From contig OZ024765.1 in assembly GCA_964016885.1 (NCBI GenBank), forward strand, positions 6,138,001 through 6,202,000: a DNA stretch of 64,000 nucleotides, read 5' to 3'. The stretch is from Eledone cirrhosa (lineage: Eukaryota). The notes under the pieces are model-generated. The model made no database searches. It saw only the letters and a program-made list of their open reading frames with translations, and was not told the origin of the DNA. The position numbers and the translations under genes are program-made. Position 1 is the first letter of the stretch; every line of letters begins with the position of its first letter. Below are positions 13,365-27,330 of this stretch, one piece after another.

Positions 13365-14565
13365 ACACACCATCTCCTTTCTATAAAGACTTGTTACACC
13401 TCAATCTAACACCATCTCCTTTCTATAAAGACTTCTTACACCTCATGCTAACACCATACCCTTTCTATAAAGACTTGTTACACCTCATGCTAACACCATA
13501 CCCTTTCTATAAAGACTTGTTACACCTCATGCTAACACCATCTCCTTTCTATAAAGACTTCTTACACCTCATGCTAACACCATACCCTTTCTATAAAGAC
13601 TTCTTACACCTCATGTTAACACCATACCCTTTCTATAGACTTGTTACACCTCAATCTAACACCATCTCCTTTCTATAAAGACTTGTTACACCTCATGCTA
13701 ACACCATCTCCTTTCTATAAAGACTTCTTACACCTCATGCTAACACCATCTCCTTTCTATAAAGACTTCTTACACCTCAATCTAACACCATACCCTTTCT
13801 ATAAAGACTTGTTACACCTCATGCTAACACCATACCCTTTCTATAAAGACTTCTTACACCTCATGCTAACACCATACCCTTTCTATAAAGACTTCTTACA
13901 CCTCAAGCTAACACCATACCCTTTCTATAGACTTGTTACACCTCATGCTAACACCATACCCTTTCTATAGACTTGTTACACCTCAATCTAACACCATACC
14001 CTTTCTATAAAGACTTGTTACACCTCATGCTAACACCATACCCTTTCTATAAAGACTTGTTACACCTCATGCTAACACCATACCCTTTCTATAAAGACTT
14101 GTTACACCTCATGCTAACACCATACCCTTTCTATAAAGACTTGTTACACCTCATGCTAACACCATACCCTTTCTATAAAGACTTGTTACACCTCATGCTA
14201 ACACCATACCCTTTCTATAAAGACTTGTTACACCTCATGCTAACACCATACCCTTTCTATAGACTTGTTACACCTCAATCTAACACCATACCCTTTCTAT
14301 AAAGACTTGTTACACCTCATGCTAACACCATACCCTTTCTATAGACTTGTTACACCTCAATCTAACACCATCTCCTTTCTATAAAGACTTGTTACACCTC
14401 ATGCTAACACCATACCCTTTCTATAAAGACTTGTTACACCTCATGCTAACACCATACCCTTTCTATAAAGACTTGTTACACCTCATGCTAACACCATACC
14501 CTTTCTATAAAGACTTGTTACACCTCATGCTAACACCATACCCTTTCTATAAAGACTTGTTACAG
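13365..14565. repeat. 42-bp minisatellite
   Basis: acaccataccctttctataaagacttgttacacctcatgcta. Confidence 0.95.
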
Positions 14566-15065
14566 CTCTGTCTCTCTCTTTTTCTCAGGCTTTCCATCTG
14601 TCAGTCTGTCTTTCTCTCATTCCTACCATCCACTTCTACACAACACATACAACAACAAACACAAATCAAGAACAACACCGAGATAGATTAAACATAGTAG
14701 AATTTTTTCTCCATATGCTGACGAGTATGTGTATATGTGTTGCTCTGTCTGTATATGCATATGCATACATTTTTATGTATGAGTATATAAAAATAAACAT
14801 GCAAACACAGACACACTTACAAAAATACACACTCGGAAACACACACTCACACAGCACAGTTTTTTCACCATCCCCTTCCTTCCATACACACACACACACA
14901 CACATTCACGCAGGCAGCAGACGTAAAGAGAGAGGAATAGTATGAGGTAGTCAAACAACTCCTCTCTCTTTATGTGTTGTGACAGAATCTCAGAAATGTA
15001 TACATAGATACCACAACACTATTCCACTACTCCAGGGCAACAACACAGAGATAGTTTATACAAAC

Positions 15066-15256
15066 CTTGTCATATCCTCCAATCTTCTTTCCACATCTAA
15101 CGGACTAGTGTGCCCCACAACGGCTGTTTGTGAATCGGCACCGCATCTTCCTGAGGGTTGCTGTTCATCAAACTGTGAATGACTAGACGAAGTGGACACC
15201 GGTAGAGTCATACTTGATGTAGACTTGGGGACACTTGATGAAGAGGTGACTTTGTG
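15066..15256 (-). CDS. KCNH2: erg exon: Ser-rich linker and start of coiled coil (...LDVERRLEDMTR)
   Basis: ttttcag/gtttgt, 191 nt, phase 0-2; DVERRLE resembles hERG DVESRLD. Confidence 0.85.
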
Positions 15257-15289
15257 CTGAAAATATCACAGGTATATTTATAGATTTAA

Positions 15290-16045
15290 AAGGTACCCAG
15301 TACACACTGTAAAGTGGTCGTATTGTTATCACAACAAAAATCACCCAGTCCACACTGTAAAGTGGTTGTGAAGGTGTCATGACAAAAAGCACCCAGTCCA
15401 CACTGTAAAGTGGTTGTGAAGGTGTCATGACAAAAAGCACCCAGTCCACACTGTAAAGTGGTTGTGAAGGTGTCATGACAAAAGGCACCCAGTCCACACT
15501 GTAAAGTGGTCATGTAGGTGTCATGACAAAAAGCACCCAGTCTACACTGTAAAGTGGTTGTGAAGGTGTCATGACAAAAAGCACCCAGTCCACACTGTAA
15601 AGTGGTCATGTAGGTGTCATGACAAAAAGCACCCAGTCTACACTGTAAAGTAGCCGTGCAGGTAACCTGGTAAAAAGCTCCCAGTCCCCACTGTAATGTG
15701 GCTGTGTAGGTAACACGGTAAAAAGTTCCCAGTCCACACTGTAATGTGGCCATGTAGGTAACATGGTAAAAAACTTCCAGTCCCCACTGTAATGTGGCCG
15801 TGTAGGTAACACGGTAAAAAGCTCCCAGTCCCCATTGTAATGTGGCCATGTAGGTAACACAGTAAAAAGCTCCCAGTCCACACTGTAAACGTGGTTGGTG
15901 TTAGGAAGGGCATCCAGCCGTAGAAAACCTGCCAGATAGTCCTATACGAGCGAGACACGGTCACCCGATCAATCTTACCTCAAGTGGGACAACTTCTGTC
16001 TAACCCATGCTAGCGTGGAAGATAGATGTTAAATGATGATGATAT
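15290..16045 (+). repeat. 48-bp minisatellite ending in the RTE/SINE tail
   Basis: aaaagcacccagtccacactgtaaagtgg units run into ggttggtgttaggaagggcatcc...(gat)n. Confidence 0.9.
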
Positions 16046-17293
16046 ATATATATATATAAATTCTAGTACAGCATTAACGAAGCTTTAGTTTGCGGCCAAG
16101 CTAACAAATGCAAATTCGGTCTGTAGCTTTAGCACTCAAATGGGAATAGTACCCCATTGTAATAACTATACGTTTAGACAGCTTAGCAAATCAAATATAG
16201 CAATCAGCAGTCCAGCAGCATTATATATATATATATATATATATATGAAAGGTGTGAAATCCTTGGTACAGTTAGGTATATTTGAAAAAAGGAAAAGAAT
16301 GACTTCACTTGTAGTTCTAAACAATTTGATTTAATTTTATAATATTATGAGTTGGTACAACTACAAATGAAGTCATTCTTTTCCTTTTTTCAAATATATA
16401 TATATATATATATATATAAACAAGGTAAAAAGCAAACAAGCTAATGAAGATGAGAGAAAAGTGATTAGTTATATATACATATATTCATAAATCTTTATTG
16501 TTCTCTCCAGCATTTTAAATATATATATATATATATAGTTGTATGGTTGCATGAAAATGCATCCGTAGGTGGTATGCCAGTTGAGCACTCAATGCTCGTG
16601 AAGAGCAGAGTATAATAGTATAAGGATAAGGAACAAGGATTCAGTGTTGCATCATAACATATTTAATAACATATTACATATGTTTCTCTATCGATCAGCT
16701 CGAAGTAAGACTTATTCGGAGACGAATTCATATACTAAACATATCTGATGACCTTCCGATTACAGAGTCAGGTTTGATCTATAATATGTCTTACCTCGAG
16801 CTGATCGGTAGTGAAACATATGTAATATGTTATTAAATATGGTATGATGCAACACTGAATCCTTGTTCCTTATCCTTATAATGTATATATATATATATCA
16901 CCTTGACCTTGACCGACCAGTCTGTCGGGCGTCCAATCGGTGCCGCTGGTCACAGCACGTCATGCTGTTTTAGCCATAAGATAACGCCATCCCACTGGCT
17001 GGGCGGGCAGGCCGGATATATATAGATATATATATATACGATATTAACAAATGGAAACTATATTTATAAAACCATATTTATTTCATTATACATATTTCAG
17101 GGATACCAAATTAAATTATGGTATGCCTTCATCAGACAAAATACAATATATAACAAATTTACAAATAAGCTTTGACACACTCTTTTAAAATGCAACCATT
17201 ATTTTTGGAAGCCATCTGGATAGTATATCCAAAAATAATGGTTGCATTTTAAAAGGGTACGTCAAAGCTTATTTGTAAAACTGTTATATATTG

Positions 17294-17358
17294 TATTTTG
17301 TCTGATGAAGGCATACCATAATTTAATTTGGTATCCCTGAAATATGTATAATGAAATA
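17294..17358 (+). ncRNA. minimal hammerhead motif, AT-rich family (mirror copy 17079-17143 on minus)
   Basis: TATTTTGT-CTGATGA-AGG.ATACCA/TGGTAT.CCT-GAAA-TATGTA-TA^ATGAAATA. Confidence 0.72.
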
Positions 17359-17486
17359 AATATGGTTTTATAAATATAGTTTCCATTTATTAATATCGTA
17401 TATCTATTCCAAATACTTGTCGAGTGCTTTATATCAGTTATAAAAATATTTACTTGTTGTATCCCAACAACTTTAAATAGAACTTT

Positions 17487-17530
<44 letters not shown>

Positions 17531-17670
17531 CTGTCACTCACAGTCGAGTAGGACTTGGTAATCACGACCCTCTCTCCCTTGATCCAGTGTTGGTGATGAT
17601 GACAACAATGTTGATGATGGCAATGATTCTGGTAAGGAAAGGTAAACTAAGAAGAAGGTAAAATTCTTAC

Positions 17671-17789
17671 CTGAGTTTCAGGGCTAGCACTCAATTCCTG
17701 CAATAATGGCGCCGTCTCTTGACTCTTTTTCGTAGAATCATGTCTTCCTGTCACCACATTTACTAAAGTGTTCACACTAGATAAAGCAC
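17671..17789 (-). CDS. KCNH2: erg exon: GALSSVNTLVNVVTGRHDSTKKSQETAPLLQELSASPETQ
   Basis: ttacag acceptor, CAG/gtaaga donor, 119 nt, phase 1-0. Confidence 0.82.
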
Positions 17790-17838
17790 CTGTAACATAC
17801 ACAGTGTTACATTATATAGAAATATATATATCAATTAT

Positions 17839-17879
<41 letters not shown>

Positions 17880-19559
17880 CTAATGGTAGCTAAGATGCTT
17901 CCATAGGCAGTATGCTGGTTGAGCACTCTATGTTCCAATGGAGCAAAGTATTATAGAAGGGAAAACGAAAAATCAGTGATGCATCAGAACTCAATATACT
18001 GTGTGTTACAATTGTTTCCCCGGTGAACAGCTTGAGGTGCGATCTGTGTGTGGATCTACCTGACTCTAGACTCGCAGGTTCCTCGGACACGTCTATTGAT
18101 TTCGGAGCACATCCCCTGTCCGCCAGGGAAACAATTGTAACACACAATAAATTGAGTTCTGATGCATCACTGATTTTTCGTTTTCCATTCTATATATATA
18201 TATATATATAATATATTATGTATATATATATTATATAGATGATGATATATATTATATATATATATCATATATATATATATATTATGTATATATATATTAT
18301 ATAGATGATGATATATATTATATATATATATAATATATATATATAATATATTATGTATATATATATTATATAGATGATGATATATATTATATATATATAT
18401 CATATATATATATATATTATGTATATATATATTATATAGATGATGATATATATTATATATATATATAATATATATATATAATATATTATGTATATATATA
18501 TTATATAGATGATGATATATATTATATATATATATCATATATATATATATATACACAAATGTTTATTTCCCTCACAAGGTATTGGTCAACCTGCGACTGC
18601 ATTAGATGAAGACATTAGCACAAAGTGCCATATAGTGAAACGGAACCTGCAACCATAGGGTTTCAAAGCAAATTCCCCACCCACACTGCCATGCTTGCTA
18701 CCCCTATACAAAGAACAAGTAACAAAATGCATTGATTAACCCTTTAGCTTTTAAACTGGCCATATCCGGCCTAAATTCTCTCACCTCTTTCAGTTTAAAC
18801 CGACCATAACCGACTGCTCATTCTTATGTTAAGGTATAGTTCTCAAAATAAATAATATCAAAATCTCATAGATTCAATATTATGTGAGGTAAAGACTTTA
18901 CCACAAAAATACAATAGTATATATAGAGTAATGTAAATGTTATGAGATAATTATGTAAGGCAAAGCCTTTACCATGAAGATACAATAGTATATATAGAGT
19001 AATGTAAATGTTATGGGAGATAATTATATGAGGTAAAGCCTTCACCACAAAAGTACAATAGTATATATAGAGTAATGTAAATATTATGTGAGGTTAAGTC
19101 TTTACCACAAAAATACAATAATATATATAGAGTAATGTAAATGCTAAAGGGTTAATAGGGTTATCAATTCAAAATGGTTTTAAGATGTTAGTTTTTAGTT
19201 ATTAGTATTAATTTCACGCCTCAAAAATAACACCAGACTGTGGTGGTGGGGAATATACCCCACCCCACATCGAAAAAAATCAAACAAAATTTTAAAATCC
19301 CACCAATATTAATAGAGGGAAAATAAAAATATTGTGGGGAAAAAAACCAACAAAGTATGAGAGATATATTTGTGGGATGAAGAAATTAAAAAGAAACCAA
19401 AATATTTGTGTTAATCAAGAGAAAATAAATCACGATTTACTAAATTTTTTTCTTTGTTCCATTTCATAAGGAACAGCTTCTTTATCGCTTGTTCTGATTG
19501 GTCGACAAGATCCCAAACCTCATTCAGTTGCTGAGTGGGGTGGACCTTGCGAGATCAGA

Positions 19560-19912
19560 CCAAGGAAACAATGTTTCCATTGGTCTTTCAAAGGAAACTT
19601 TTGTTTCCATTGGTCTTTCCAAGGAAACACTGTTTCCATTGGTCTTTCCAAGGAAACAGTGCTTCCATTGGTCTTTCCAATGAAATAGTGTTTCCATTGG
19701 TCTTTCCAAGGAAACAGTGCTTCCATTGGTCTTTCCAAGGAAACAGTGTTTCCATTGGTCTTTCCAAGGAAACAGTGTTTCCATTGGTCTTTCCAAGGAA
19801 ACAGTGTTTCCATTGGTCTTTCCAAGGAAACAATGTTTCCATTGGTCTTTCCAAGGAAACAATGCTTCCATTGGTCTTTCAAAGGAAATTTTTGTTTCCA
19901 TTGGTCTTTCCA
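19560..19912. repeat. 28-bp repeat inside a SINE
   Basis: tttccattggtctttccaaggaaacagtg. Confidence 0.9.
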
Positions 19913-20721
19913 TTGCTGATACTAGCTACCGGTCACAACTCCTGGCAGAAAGAGCAACATGAAATAAAGTGTCTTGCAGAAGGACACAAAGCATCCGCCA
20001 GTCCAGGAATTGAACTCACAACCTCATGATTGTGAATACAACTCTCTAACCACTCAACCAGCACCTTCACTATATCATACAGAAAAACTCAGAAATATTC
20101 AGATATATTTTTAAAACTAAAGGAGTCTAATGTCTTCTTTTCTTCAGAGGTCACAGGATATGCAATTTTTGTGTGTCTATCCCATGCCTCCCAGGACAGG
20201 TTGCAGGCCCATTACCAGTTTGTACAGAATGAAATGGAGACTGCAAAATAGTTTTCCAACAGGCCCCTCTACCTAAGGCCTTGTTAACCCGTGCAAAGGA
20301 CTATGTGATATGATTCTTTTTCCTATTTATCACCAGTTTTTATCCCAGTTTCTGGGTTGTGAAGCAACTGAAAGTGTACGACGACTCCCACCCCTCCTCC
20401 TGGACATGACACCAGTCCAGTCCATCGCAGGGTTAAACCCCCAGCTATTGCTGGCACTCCTTTTCAGCTGAGTATACCAGACCAACATTAAATAAAGTGT
20501 TTTGCTGAAGAACACAACACACAACCCAGTCCAGAAATCAAACCCACAATATTATTATCGTAAGTCCAACACCCTTACCACTAAGCCACGCATCTCTACT
20601 TTCGAAAAATACTTCCAAACAAACTCCCTTTATATACATGAATGTTTGAGATATTTTATTTTTTTTGTTTTTTGGGGGTTTATTTTATTTTTTATCCCTT
20701 ATTTCACAGAATAATATATAC

Positions 20722-20958
20722 CTGCAATGTAAGGAAACCCCGAACTCAATTTTTTCTCCTTGTCTCTGGGCTGGAAATCAAAGTTGGCTGGTGTTACATC
20801 TTGACCTGCTTTCGCTGGTGAAAACTCCAAAATTCCTGCTCCACTCTCTCGGATCTCTTCATCACTTGATTCATAAGATAAGCCAGGTTCTGTCTCATGA
20901 CTCGACCGGTGGTGTAATCGTCTATCTCTTTGACAAGCTTTTTCATTTCGTAAAATCT
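20722..20958 (-). CDS. KCNH2: erg exon: distal C-terminus (...ESSDEEIRESGAGILEFSPAKAGQDVTP...)
   Basis: tttcccag/gtatat, 237 nt open, phase 1-1, unique coding-like composition. Confidence 0.82.
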
Positions 20959-20999
20959 CTGGGAAACAAGAAAAGACTTTTTTTTTTGCCCACAATTGA

Positions 21000-21416
21000 G
21001 GAACATTAGTTGGGTTAGAGAAAAAGCAGAGAAGGTTTAAACACATTTCAAAGAAGATTAGTTGGGTTAGAGAAAAAGCAGAGAAGGTTTAAACACATTT
21101 CAAGGAAGATTAGTTAGGTTAGAGAAAAAGCAGAGGTTTAAACACAGTTCAAGGAAGTTTAGTTGGGTTAGAGAGAAATCAGAGGTTTAAACATGGTTCA
21201 AGGAATATTAGTTAAGTTATAGAGAAAGCAGAGAAGGTTTAAACATGGTTCATGAAGCAGAATTTAAACAGGGCTCACTGAACATTAGCTGGATTAGAGA
21301 CAACACATAGATTTAAACATGGTTCATTGAACAACATAAGTTGGGTTAGAGAGAAAGCAGAGCAGGTTTAAACACGGTTCAAGGAATATTAGTTGGGTTA
21401 AAGACGACAAACAGAT
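21000..21416. repeat. degenerate ~50-bp repeat interrupted by TTAA MITEs
   Basis: ttagttgggttagagaaaaagcagagaaggtttaaac. Confidence 0.75.
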
Positions 21417-21420
21417 TTAA

Positions 21421-21628
21421 CCCTTTAGCATTTAAACTGGCCATATCCGGCCAGAATTCTCTCACCTCTTTCTGTTCAAACCGGCTGTAACCGGCCACTT
21501 ATTCTGATGTTAAGATATTGTTCTCAAAATAAATATCATCAAAATCTCATAGATACGATATTATGTGAGATAAAGCCTATACTGTGAAAATAGAACAGTA
21601 TATATAGAGTAATGTAAATGTTAAAGGG
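21421..21628. mobile_element. TTAA-flanked MITE (piggyBac-like), basic ~210-bp form
   Basis: ttaa-ccctttagcattt...aaatgttaaaggg-ttaa; other copies at 18740-19151, 21726-21943, 23835-24835, 27057-28543, 29953-30385, ~45250-46610, 47525-47821, 56957-57822. Confidence 0.85.
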
Positions 21629-22219
21629 TTAAAGAGGTTTCACTGAATATTAGCTGGGTTAGAGGCAACACAGAGATTTAACCATGGTTCATGGTTGGGT
21701 TAGAGAAAAAGCAAAGAAGATTTAACTCTTTAGCATTTAAACTGGCTGTATCTGGCCAGAATTCTCTCGCCTCTTTCTGTTCAAACCGGTTGTAACTGGC
21801 TGCTCATACTGATATCAAGGTACTGTTCTCAAAATAAATAATATCAAAAACTCAGATTCGATATCATGTGAGATATTATGTAAGATAAAGCCTTTATTAT
21901 GAAAATATAATAGTAAATATAGAGTAATGTAAATGTTAAAGGGTTAAAGACAACATAGATTTAAACATGGTTTATTAAACAACATAGGTTGGGTTAGAGA
22001 AGAGAAAGTAGAGCAAATTTAAACAATTTTCAAGTCTCTAATGATGACAACAGCAAAAATGGTTGTCCTTAAGTAGAGGATAAAACATTCTTGTTTTAAA
22101 ACACAAACGGCTGTTAAGTATTATGTAATTAACCAATTAAACAGGAAGTTAATGGTTTATTATAAACACAAAATTCTAAGTTATAGATGCAGGGTGTAGA
22201 GTGCTTCTACAGTGTTATT

Positions 22220-22560
22220 CATCATCATCATTATTTAACGTCTATTTTCCACGCTAGAATGGATTAGACAGGTTGTCCCATTTGATGCAAGTTGGGTCGG
22301 GTGACCGTGTCTTGCTCATATAGGACTGTTTCTGGCTAGATTTCTATGGATGGATGCCCTTTCTAAAGCCAACCACATTTAATGTATCACCTTGCCCAAT
22401 TGCACCTCTCAATGGCGATGACACAGGAATGAGACTTCTGGCGTTACGCAGTAATACAGAAGACCCGACTTCCCATGGGTACAAGCCGAAGCTGAAGCAT
22501 AAAGACAGTATGCCCCCACCCCCTCCCACTGCAAAGTGGTTGTGTAGGTGCCACGGTAAG
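22220..22560. mobile_element. rearranged RTE 3' fragments in both orientations
   Basis: 22220-22380 is a minus-strand tail; 22385-22560 resembles 62410-62580 on plus. Confidence 0.7.
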
Positions 22561-23378
22561 AAAGCACCCAGCACTCACTGTAAAGTGGTTGTGTAGGTGC
22601 CACGGTAAGAAAGCACCCAGCACTCACTGTAAAGTGGTTGTGTAGGTACCACGGTAAGAAAGCACCCAACACTCACTGTAAAGTGGTTGTGTAGGTGCCA
22701 CGGTAAGAAAGCACCCAGCACTCACTGTAAAGTGGTTGTGTAGGTGCCACGGTAAGAAAGCACCCAGCACTCACTGTAAAGTGGTTGTGTAGGCGCCATA
22801 GTAAAAAGCACCCAACACTCACTGTAAAGTGGTTGTGTAGGTGCCACGGTAAGAAAGCACCCAGCACTCACTGTAAAGTGGTTGTGTAGGCGCCATAGTA
22901 AAAAGCACCCAGCACTCACTGTAAAGTGGTTGTGTAGGTGCCACGGTAAGAAAGCACCCAACACTCACTGTAAAGTGGTTGTGTAGGCGCCACGGTAAGA
23001 AAGCACCCAGCACTCACTGTAAAGTGGTTGTGTAGGTGCCACGGTAAGAAAGCACCCAGCACTCACTGTAAAGTGGTTGTGTAGGTACCACGGTAAGAAA
23101 GCACCCAACACTCACTGTAAAGTGGTTGTGTAGGTGCCACGGTAAGAAAGCACCCAGCACTCACTGTAAAGTGGTTGTGTAGGTGCCACGGTAAGAAAGC
23201 ACCCAGCACTCACTGTAAAGTGGTTGTGTAGGTGCCACGGTAAGAAAGCACCCAGCACTCACTGTAAAGTGGTTGTGTAGGTGCCACGGTAAGAAAGCAC
23301 CCAGCACTCACTGTAAAGTGGTTGTGTAGGTGCCACGGTAAAAAGCACCCAGCACTCACTGTAAAGTGGTTGTGTAAA
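22530..23378. repeat. 49-bp minisatellite derived from the RTE 3'UTR
   Basis: cactgtaaagtggttgtgtaggtgccacggtaagaaagcacccagcact, ~17x. Confidence 0.95.
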
Positions 23379-23681
23379 GTATTTGTGTAAATGTATGTCT
23401 GTGAGTGTGTATTTATGTAAGTGTGTCTGTGTTTGCGTGATTATATTTATATTCTCATACATATAAATGTATGCATATGCACATACACACACGGACATAC
23501 ATAAACACACACACACATACACGTCAGCATGTTAAAAAAAAATCATAGTGACTAAAAGTGCCGGCTCTCTGCTAATACATGGAGATAGGGAGATAGACAG
23601 GCAAATCAAACAACGACAACAACAGCAATAACAAAGGTGCCAAGCGTAAAGATATAAATAGTAAGGAAAAAAGATATTTAC

Positions 23682-23751
23682 TTCGATAATAAGGTCTTTT
23701 AGCAAATTCTGATTCCATTTCTTCTTGAGGCATTTTCACAACCAATTCATG
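23682..23751 (-). CDS. KCNH2: erg exon: HELVVKMPQEEMESEFAKRPYYR
   Basis: ccctacag/gtaaat, 70 nt, phase 0-1; needed to bridge the phases of its neighbours. Confidence 0.8.
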
Positions 23752-23844
23752 CTGTAGGGAAGATAACAGAAGGAACGTTAGAATTTGGTAATGCAAGCCT
23801 GCTGCCCACCCTAAGGGGCTTTTTTGAGACTTAGCCCTTTACCA

Positions 23845-24695
23845 TTTACATTACTCTATATATACTATTGTATTTTCATAGTAAAGGCTTTACCTCACAT
23901 AACATTTACATTACTCTATAAATACTATTGTATTTTCACAGTAAAGGCTTTACCTCACATAATATCTCACATAACATTTACATTACTCTATATATACTAT
24001 TGTATTTTCACAGTAAAGGCTTTACCTCACATAATATCTCACATAACATTTACATTACTCTATATATACTATTGTATTTTCACAGTAAAGGCTTTACCTC
24101 ACATAATATCTCACATAACATTTACATTACTCTATATATACTATTGTATTTTCACAGTAAAGACTTTACCTCACATAATATCTCACATAACATTTACATT
24201 ACTCTATATATACTATTGTATTTTCACAGTAAAGGCTTTACCTCACATAATATCTCACATAACATTTACATTACTCTATATATACTATTGTATTGTCACA
24301 GTAAAGACTTTACCTCACATAATATCTCACATAACATTTACATTACTCTATAAATACTATTCTAGTTTTATGGTAAAGGCTTTACCTCACATAATATCTC
24401 ACATAACATTTACATTACTCTATATATACTATTGTATTTTCACGGTAAAGGCTTTACCTCACATAATATCTCACATAACATTTACATTACTCTATATATA
24501 CTATTGTATTTTCACAGTAAAGGCTTTACCTCACATAATATCTCACATAACATTTACATTACTCTATATATACTATTGTATTGTCACAGTAAAGACTTTA
24601 CCTCACATAATATCTCACATAACATTTACATTACTCTATAAATACTATTCTAGTTTTATGGTTAAGGCTTTACCTGGCATAATTATCTCACATAA
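23845..24695. repeat. 72-bp array inside a TTAA MITE
   Basis: acatttacattactctatatatactattgtattttcacagtaaaggctttacctcacataatatctcacata. Confidence 0.95.
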
Positions 24696-25644
24696 TATCG
24701 AATCTATGAGATTTTGACGTTATTTGTTTTGAGAACAATAACTTAATGTCAGTATGAGCAGCCAATTCTGGCTGGTTTGAACTGAAAGAGGTGAGAGAAT
24801 TCTAGCTGGATACGGCCAGTTTAAATGCTAAAGGGCTAAGCCACTCCAATAATTTGTTTCAATATCCACCGCCTTCCGATACTGCCATAAACACTTCTAG
24901 GCACTGCACACACATTACGAAAAGTACTATCAATAAAATAGAAACAACATCAGCAAAAACTATAGTGCACATACCCAAGGCACACAGAGCTGTGCTCAGT
25001 AAACCAGTAATGATGTAGAATAAAAATAATTGTTTCTACTTTTGGCACAAGGCCAGCAATTATCCCAGAGCATTACTGGTACTTTATTTTATCGACCCTG
25101 TTAGAATGAAAGGCAAAGTTAACCACGGCAGGATTTTAACTTAGAACATAAAGGGTCATAACTCTATGATGTAGAATAAAAATAATAATAATAATGTTTC
25201 TTCTTTTAGCACAAGGCCAGCAATTACCCCAGTGCATTACTGGTGTTTTATCGACCCTATAAGGATGAAAGGTAAAGTTAACCTTAGCGGGATTTGTCTG
25301 ACGCTCTACCGATACTGCCAAAATACTAATAATTGTTTCTATTTTTGGCACAAGGCCAGCAATTACCCAGTGCATTACTGGTACTTTATTTTATCGACCC
25401 CCCCCCCCCCCCCCCAAATAATTGTTTCTACTATTGGCACAAAGCCAGCAATTACCCAGTGTATTACTGGTACTTTATTTTATCGACCCCCGTAAGGATG
25501 AAAGGCAAAGTCAACCTCGGGCGGGATTTGAACTCAGATCGTAAAGAGACGTAACTCTATACTGGAAAGCATGGCGTCCGACCCTCTACCGACACTGCCA
25601 ATTCACCGCCCTAAAAAAAAAAAAATAGTAATGGTGATACTAAC

Positions 25645-25838
25645 ATCTCGTAAATCAAAGGTGACTTCTAAATTTTTGGTAAAACTTTCAGCAAACTCTG
25701 GGTACATATCAAGTATGTCCAAAAGATCGTCCCGATTTATCTTGTGAAGATCGCCGTATGTTAAAGCGCGGACATTACAACTGGATTTCCCAATAGTCAT
25801 ATGTTTACAAAGGTTCTCTCCAAAGACATCATCAGTTC
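25645..25838 (-). CDS. KCNH2: erg exon: CNBHD part 2 with intrinsic-ligand motif TFDLRD
   Basis: DDVFGE...VRALTYGDLHKI...DMYPEF...TFDLRD; 194 nt, phase 1-0, gttagt donor. Confidence 0.96.
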
Positions 25839-25888
25839 CTGCAAGGAGGAGAAAAAGAAGAAGAACGACAAGGAGAAGAAGACGATGA

Positions 25889-25920
<32 letters not shown>

Positions 25921-26794
25921 AGAGGAAGAGGAGGAAATATGTGTGTATGTGTATAGATAGATATGTGTGTATGTGTGTAGATAGATATGTGTGTATGTGT
26001 GTAGATGTGTATGTGTGTAGATAGATATGTGTGTATGTGTGTAGATGTGTATGTGTGTAGATAGATATGTGTGTATGTGTGTAGATAGATATGTGTGTGT
26101 GTGTGTAGATAGATATGTGTGTATGTGTGTAGATGTGTATGTGTGTAGATAGATATGTGTGTAGATAGATATGTGTGTATGTGTATAAATAGATATGTGT
26201 GTAGATAGATATGTGTGTATGTGTGTAGATAGATATGTGTGTATGTGTGTAGATAGATATGTGTGTAGATAGATATGTGTGTATGTGTGTAGATGTGTAT
26301 GTGTGTAGATAGATATGTGTGTATGTGTGTATGTGTGTAGATAGGTATGTGTGTAGATAGATATGTGTGTATGTGTGTAGATAGATATGTGTGTATGTGT
26401 ATATATAGTAAAATAACGGAGTAAAGGACTCGCGTATGTGTATATATATACATGTATGCATATATATGTGTGTGTGTGTGTGTGTGGGTGTTTGTATAGA
26501 GAGTGAGTATGTATAGAGAGTGAGTATGTATATATATGTATATGTATATATGTGTGTGTATATATATGTATGTGTGTATATATATGTATGTGCATGTATA
26601 TATATATAGAAGATAAAGAAGGCAAAGAAGAAGAAGGCGAAGAAGAAAAAGAAAGAAGAAAAAGAGGAAGAAGAAGAGAAAGAAAGAAGAAGAGCAACTA
26701 GAACAATAACAACAATAACAACAGTATGTTGTCTAAACTGCCAACAACAGTAACAAGGACAATGGGGAGGAAATGGATGACAGCCACAACTCAC

Positions 26795-26959
26795 CTAAAA
26801 TAGCAACAACTATATCATCCCTAAGTATTTCGATTGAGCCTCTTGAAACAAAAAATAAACCTGTCAGGACATCGCCCCGGTGCACAAGTGTGTCCCCAGG
26901 GGGCACATGGGTGGTCTTAAATTTCATTGATAAAGCTCGTAAACAGCCAGGACTGGCAC
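26795..26959 (-). CDS. KCNH2: erg exon: CNBHD part 1
   Basis: [30 protein letters not shown]...[17 protein letters not shown]; 165 nt, phase 1-1. Confidence 0.97.
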
Positions 26960-27099
26960 CTGAAGATGAAGAAGAAAGATGATACTAAATAAAATTTAAA
27001 ATTATTTAAAAACCACAAGCAGTGTTTCATTAGAAATATGGTAAGAAAATGGTTAACCCTTTAGCATTTACATTATACATACATTATATATACTATTAT

Positions 27100-27290
27100 A
27101 GGGCGGTGGATTGGCAGTATCGGTAGAGGGTCGGACGCCATGCTTTCTAGCATAATTATGTCTCTTTATGGTCTGAGTTCAAATCCCGCCGAGGTTAACT
27201 TTGCCTTTCATCCTTACGGGGTCGATAAAATAAAGTACCAGTAATGTACTGGTGAATTGCTGGCCTTGTGCCAAAAGTAGAAACAATTAT
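27100..27290 (+). mobile_element. tRNA-derived SINE type 2
   Basis: tggcagtatcggtag, gagttcaaatcc, gcctttcatccttacggggtcgataaaataaagtacca; tandem or partial minus copies at 8850-9330, 25025-25610, 47890-48425, 50830-51010, 56403-56695. Confidence 0.85.
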
Positions 27291-27330
27291 ATATACTATA
27301 GTATTTTTGTGGTAAAGGCTTTATCTTACA

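Noticed and set aside
20716-20731. atacctgcaatgta shared with 29855-29868
   Set aside because: A short match in which one site is a donor and the other an acceptor; most likely chance.
22530-23378. Regular repeats resembling a CRISPR array
   Set aside because: Units are contiguous with no unique spacers, there are no cas genes, and the context is a eukaryotic intron.
25603-26697. 364-aa ORF with poly-His joined to the CNBHD
   Set aside because: Only 25645-25838 is exon; the rest is intronic microsatellite read in frame by chance.
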